A DNA stretch of 59,351 nucleotides, filler included. It is 3 parts of 3 records of this genome, joined end to end, with 100 filler letters (N's around TTAATTAATTAA, not from the genome) between each part and the next. Parts side by side here need not be neighbours in the genome. Positions count along the whole stretch, not along the records: positions 45,517 to 59,351 come from DRR378314_394; 2 more parts are not named here. The stretch is one strand, 5' to 3'. How positions within the stretch are numbered: the stretch's first letter is position 1; each line of letters opens with the position of its first letter. Under the pieces are notes generated by a model, which saw only the letters and a list, made by a program, of their open reading frames with translations, was not told the DNA's origin and did not search any database. The translations under genes were made by a program, and so were the position numbers. Of the stretch, positions 57,101 to 59,351 are shown in pieces.

Positions 57101-59351
57101 CGGGAAACGACAGAAGATATCTCCAAAGCGTATTTGAAAAGTTGGAACTGCCAGCTCAGCCGCTATGACAAACAATACAGAGGCGCACACACCTCCTCGG
57201 AAACCGCTGCACGTCTCGCGCCTTGCACACCACAGTACGTATGACAGAATAGGCAAACATTACATACCCTCAGAAACAGACAAGACGACAGGCACCCTTT
57301 CGTTCCCTGTTCGGTATCCGCTTAAAATCACCAGTAGGCCATCGCCTGTCGATCATACTTTGCAGAAAGCCAAACGCGCGACTGATCAACTCGTCGCGAT
57401 CTTACAGAATACTCTGTCAATTGCCCTTGTACAGCACGGAGCATTCAGAAGGCAATACCCACACTAATTAACCCACACAGCTCCGCCATGCGCGCAAATG
57501 CCAGCACTGCATGCCATGCGCATACGCAAAATCAACCGCGGCGCCGGCGTTTTGCGTCAACGATTAGACCGCCGTCGCTCCCGGAGCGGCCCTGGCCCGC
57601 ATCTGTTGCAGAGCGCCTGTACCAAAGGTATCCATCCAGCACCGGTACCACGGACAAACACGGGTAAGACGGTGCGGGCGGACGCGCGGCACAGGAGATG
57701 TGCCGCCAACAGCACTATGCCACTCTTCCATATTTTCGTGACAAACACGCACTGCAGCAACGAACGCAACGGTCATATTTGTGCGATATGAACTACGCAC
57801 ACTTCCTTCCCTGGGTGAAGCGAAATGTAGGCCCATTCACATTTGCAACGTCAGGTATACGAATTCCGCGAGGCGCCAACGTACGTTTTACCGCCTGCTC
57901 TTTCCTTTGTTCGCTACAATTGGCAGCGGGAGCGACATTGCAAGCAAATAAAGAATATTAGAAAGGGAAATTTGGGAGGGGGGGTTTCCAGCACATACGC
58001 GACCCGTGGCTTTGTTTCAACGAACGCTGGAATCGACAGCGCGTGGCTGCAAGAACGGGCACCAAACCGTACGCAAACAGCAGCAGCATACTCTTTCTCG
58101 ACGAGTGCCATAGCCATCACCTTGCACACGGCGCAACCGACTCGCAATCGGTTCCAATCCGCAGGAAATGATATCAAAGCAGCCAAAGCCTACCGTGCAG
58201 CCTGATAGACTGTTCTCACTCGCCCACGTCAACCCGTACCTCGTGCGCTTTTCCCTCGGCGCTCCCCTCTTCGTCCGCTTCCCTTTTGGCATCCGCTTCT
58301 CCGTGATCTGCAGAGCGTTGATCGGTCTTTTGCGCACTCACAGGCGGCCGCTCGCCAGAAATAACATTCTCCGCCTTGTCTGTCGCAGGCGCTTCCAGTC
58401 CTTTTTCAGCAGACCCTGTGTTGTCTGCTACTTGGCGTGCATCATCATCAGCATCGCTCCCAGCGGCATTTCCTGTCAAGGATGCGCCACCTTGGGTATT
58501 ATTGTCATTCGAAATGGTCTGGCGGGCCTCCGACGAAGACGGCTCCTGCGCCCCTTCAGACACGCGAGGAGCAGAGCTTGGCTCGCATGCTTTCGCATCT
58601 TCCGGAATGGTACCGTCCCCGGCGCTGCCTTCCGCATGAGGCTGTTTTTTCTGGGCCGCATCGGCACTGATATCCCCCTGTTCGTCCTGCGTAGCAGAAA
58701 TTAGCACTGGGACATCGTCGCTCTCGTCACCTTGCGCTAAAGCGTCCGGCGCTCCGTCCAGGGTTGCGGGCGGCGCGGCGACTGCGGCATTCGCCGCCGA
58801 GGCCGAGAGCGAAGAAAGGGCGGCAATGCCCAGATGCGTGGGAATCTCCGCTCCGCCGCTTACGGCTGGTGTGGCAGCGGCTGCAGCTGCCGCGACCGCA
58901 TCCAATGGCACGGTGGCTGACGTGGGCACAGAGGCGGCGGGCTTTGCCCGGCTCGGCGCGGCAGCAGGGCCGTCCTGCCGGCTATCGTTCATCGCGATTG
59001 TTTTCGCTGCTTCGCCCGCCGAGGCATCGCCCAGCGCCGCTAACGAGCCTAGTCCCATGTGCGACGGTAGCATCATTGTGTGTGCTGAAGCCATCGTTGC
59101 GCTGGCGGGGCCTTGCGGAGTGCCCTTGGCTGCAGCGGTGCCCGCAGCCGGGGCGCCTAGCGGCGCATTCGCTTGCTCTTTGGCAATCGCCGGTTTCGTT
59201 TCGACAGACGCGGCAAACTGCGCCATGGAAGCAGTCTGCTGGCCCGGTGCTGGCGCCGAAGCGGCCGAGGCCATCATGTGCTGATGCTCGCGTCGAATCT
59301 GCTCTTCGTGCAGTGCAGAGAGTTGCTGCTGCTGCTGCTGCTGCTGCTGCT
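54147..59351 (-). CDS. Probable large multi-exon gene with poly-Q/Ala-rich low-complexity region and C-terminal coiled coil; 5' end off window; may be more than one gene
   Basis: An open exon of more than 1.1 kb (59351 to about 58240: poly-Q, Ala/Pro-rich, then acidic). Distal splice-flanked blocks KKQEEADEKLQLLRVE, RVKREMTELRKRVDQ, IKARTERLTGDRIGSAAS*. Middle exons unresolved. Confidence 0.5.
59324..59351. repeat. (CTG/CAG)n microsatellite encoding poly-Gln at window edge
   Basis: Seen directly; in frame with ORF 58216-59277. Confidence 0.9.

Overview
This window is not one genomic locus. It holds three contigs joined by identical 100-bp artificial linkers (N44-TTAATTAATTAA-N44, at 25393-25492 and 45417-45516). 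Contig A (1-25392) and contig C (45517-59351) come from an intron-rich microbial eukaryote with GT-AG introns and apparently the standard code. Splicing their exons by hand gives SARAF/TMEM66, an OSBP-related lipid transfer protein, a SETD3/Rubisco-LSMT-type SET methyltransferase, a centrin, a large disordered protein with C-terminal ankyrins, the 3' part of an SLC6 symporter, a complete GDP-mannose 3',5'-epimerase, and two unidentified multi-exon genes. Contig B (25493-45416) is intron-less, operonic alphaproteobacterial DNA of Roseobacter/Ruegeria type. It runs hslO, Nudix CoAse, cca, two ABC exporter halves, an rlmD-like methyltransferase, a voltage-gated Na+ channel and an L,D-transpeptidase. 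A convergent surface-polysaccharide cluster follows (cysQ, kdsB, galE, GT2, GT2, GT14, sulfotransferase) with a divergent kpsM-like permease, then alkB and a partial dnaK. The most notable observations are a single in-frame TAA interrupting one GT2 gene, and a putative sulfated, Kdo-linked capsule pathway in which the GT14 C-terminal domain looks like a degenerate copy of the neighbouring sulfotransferase. I found no CRISPR array, rRNA, tRNA or mobile element. All calls are by eye; no database search was run.
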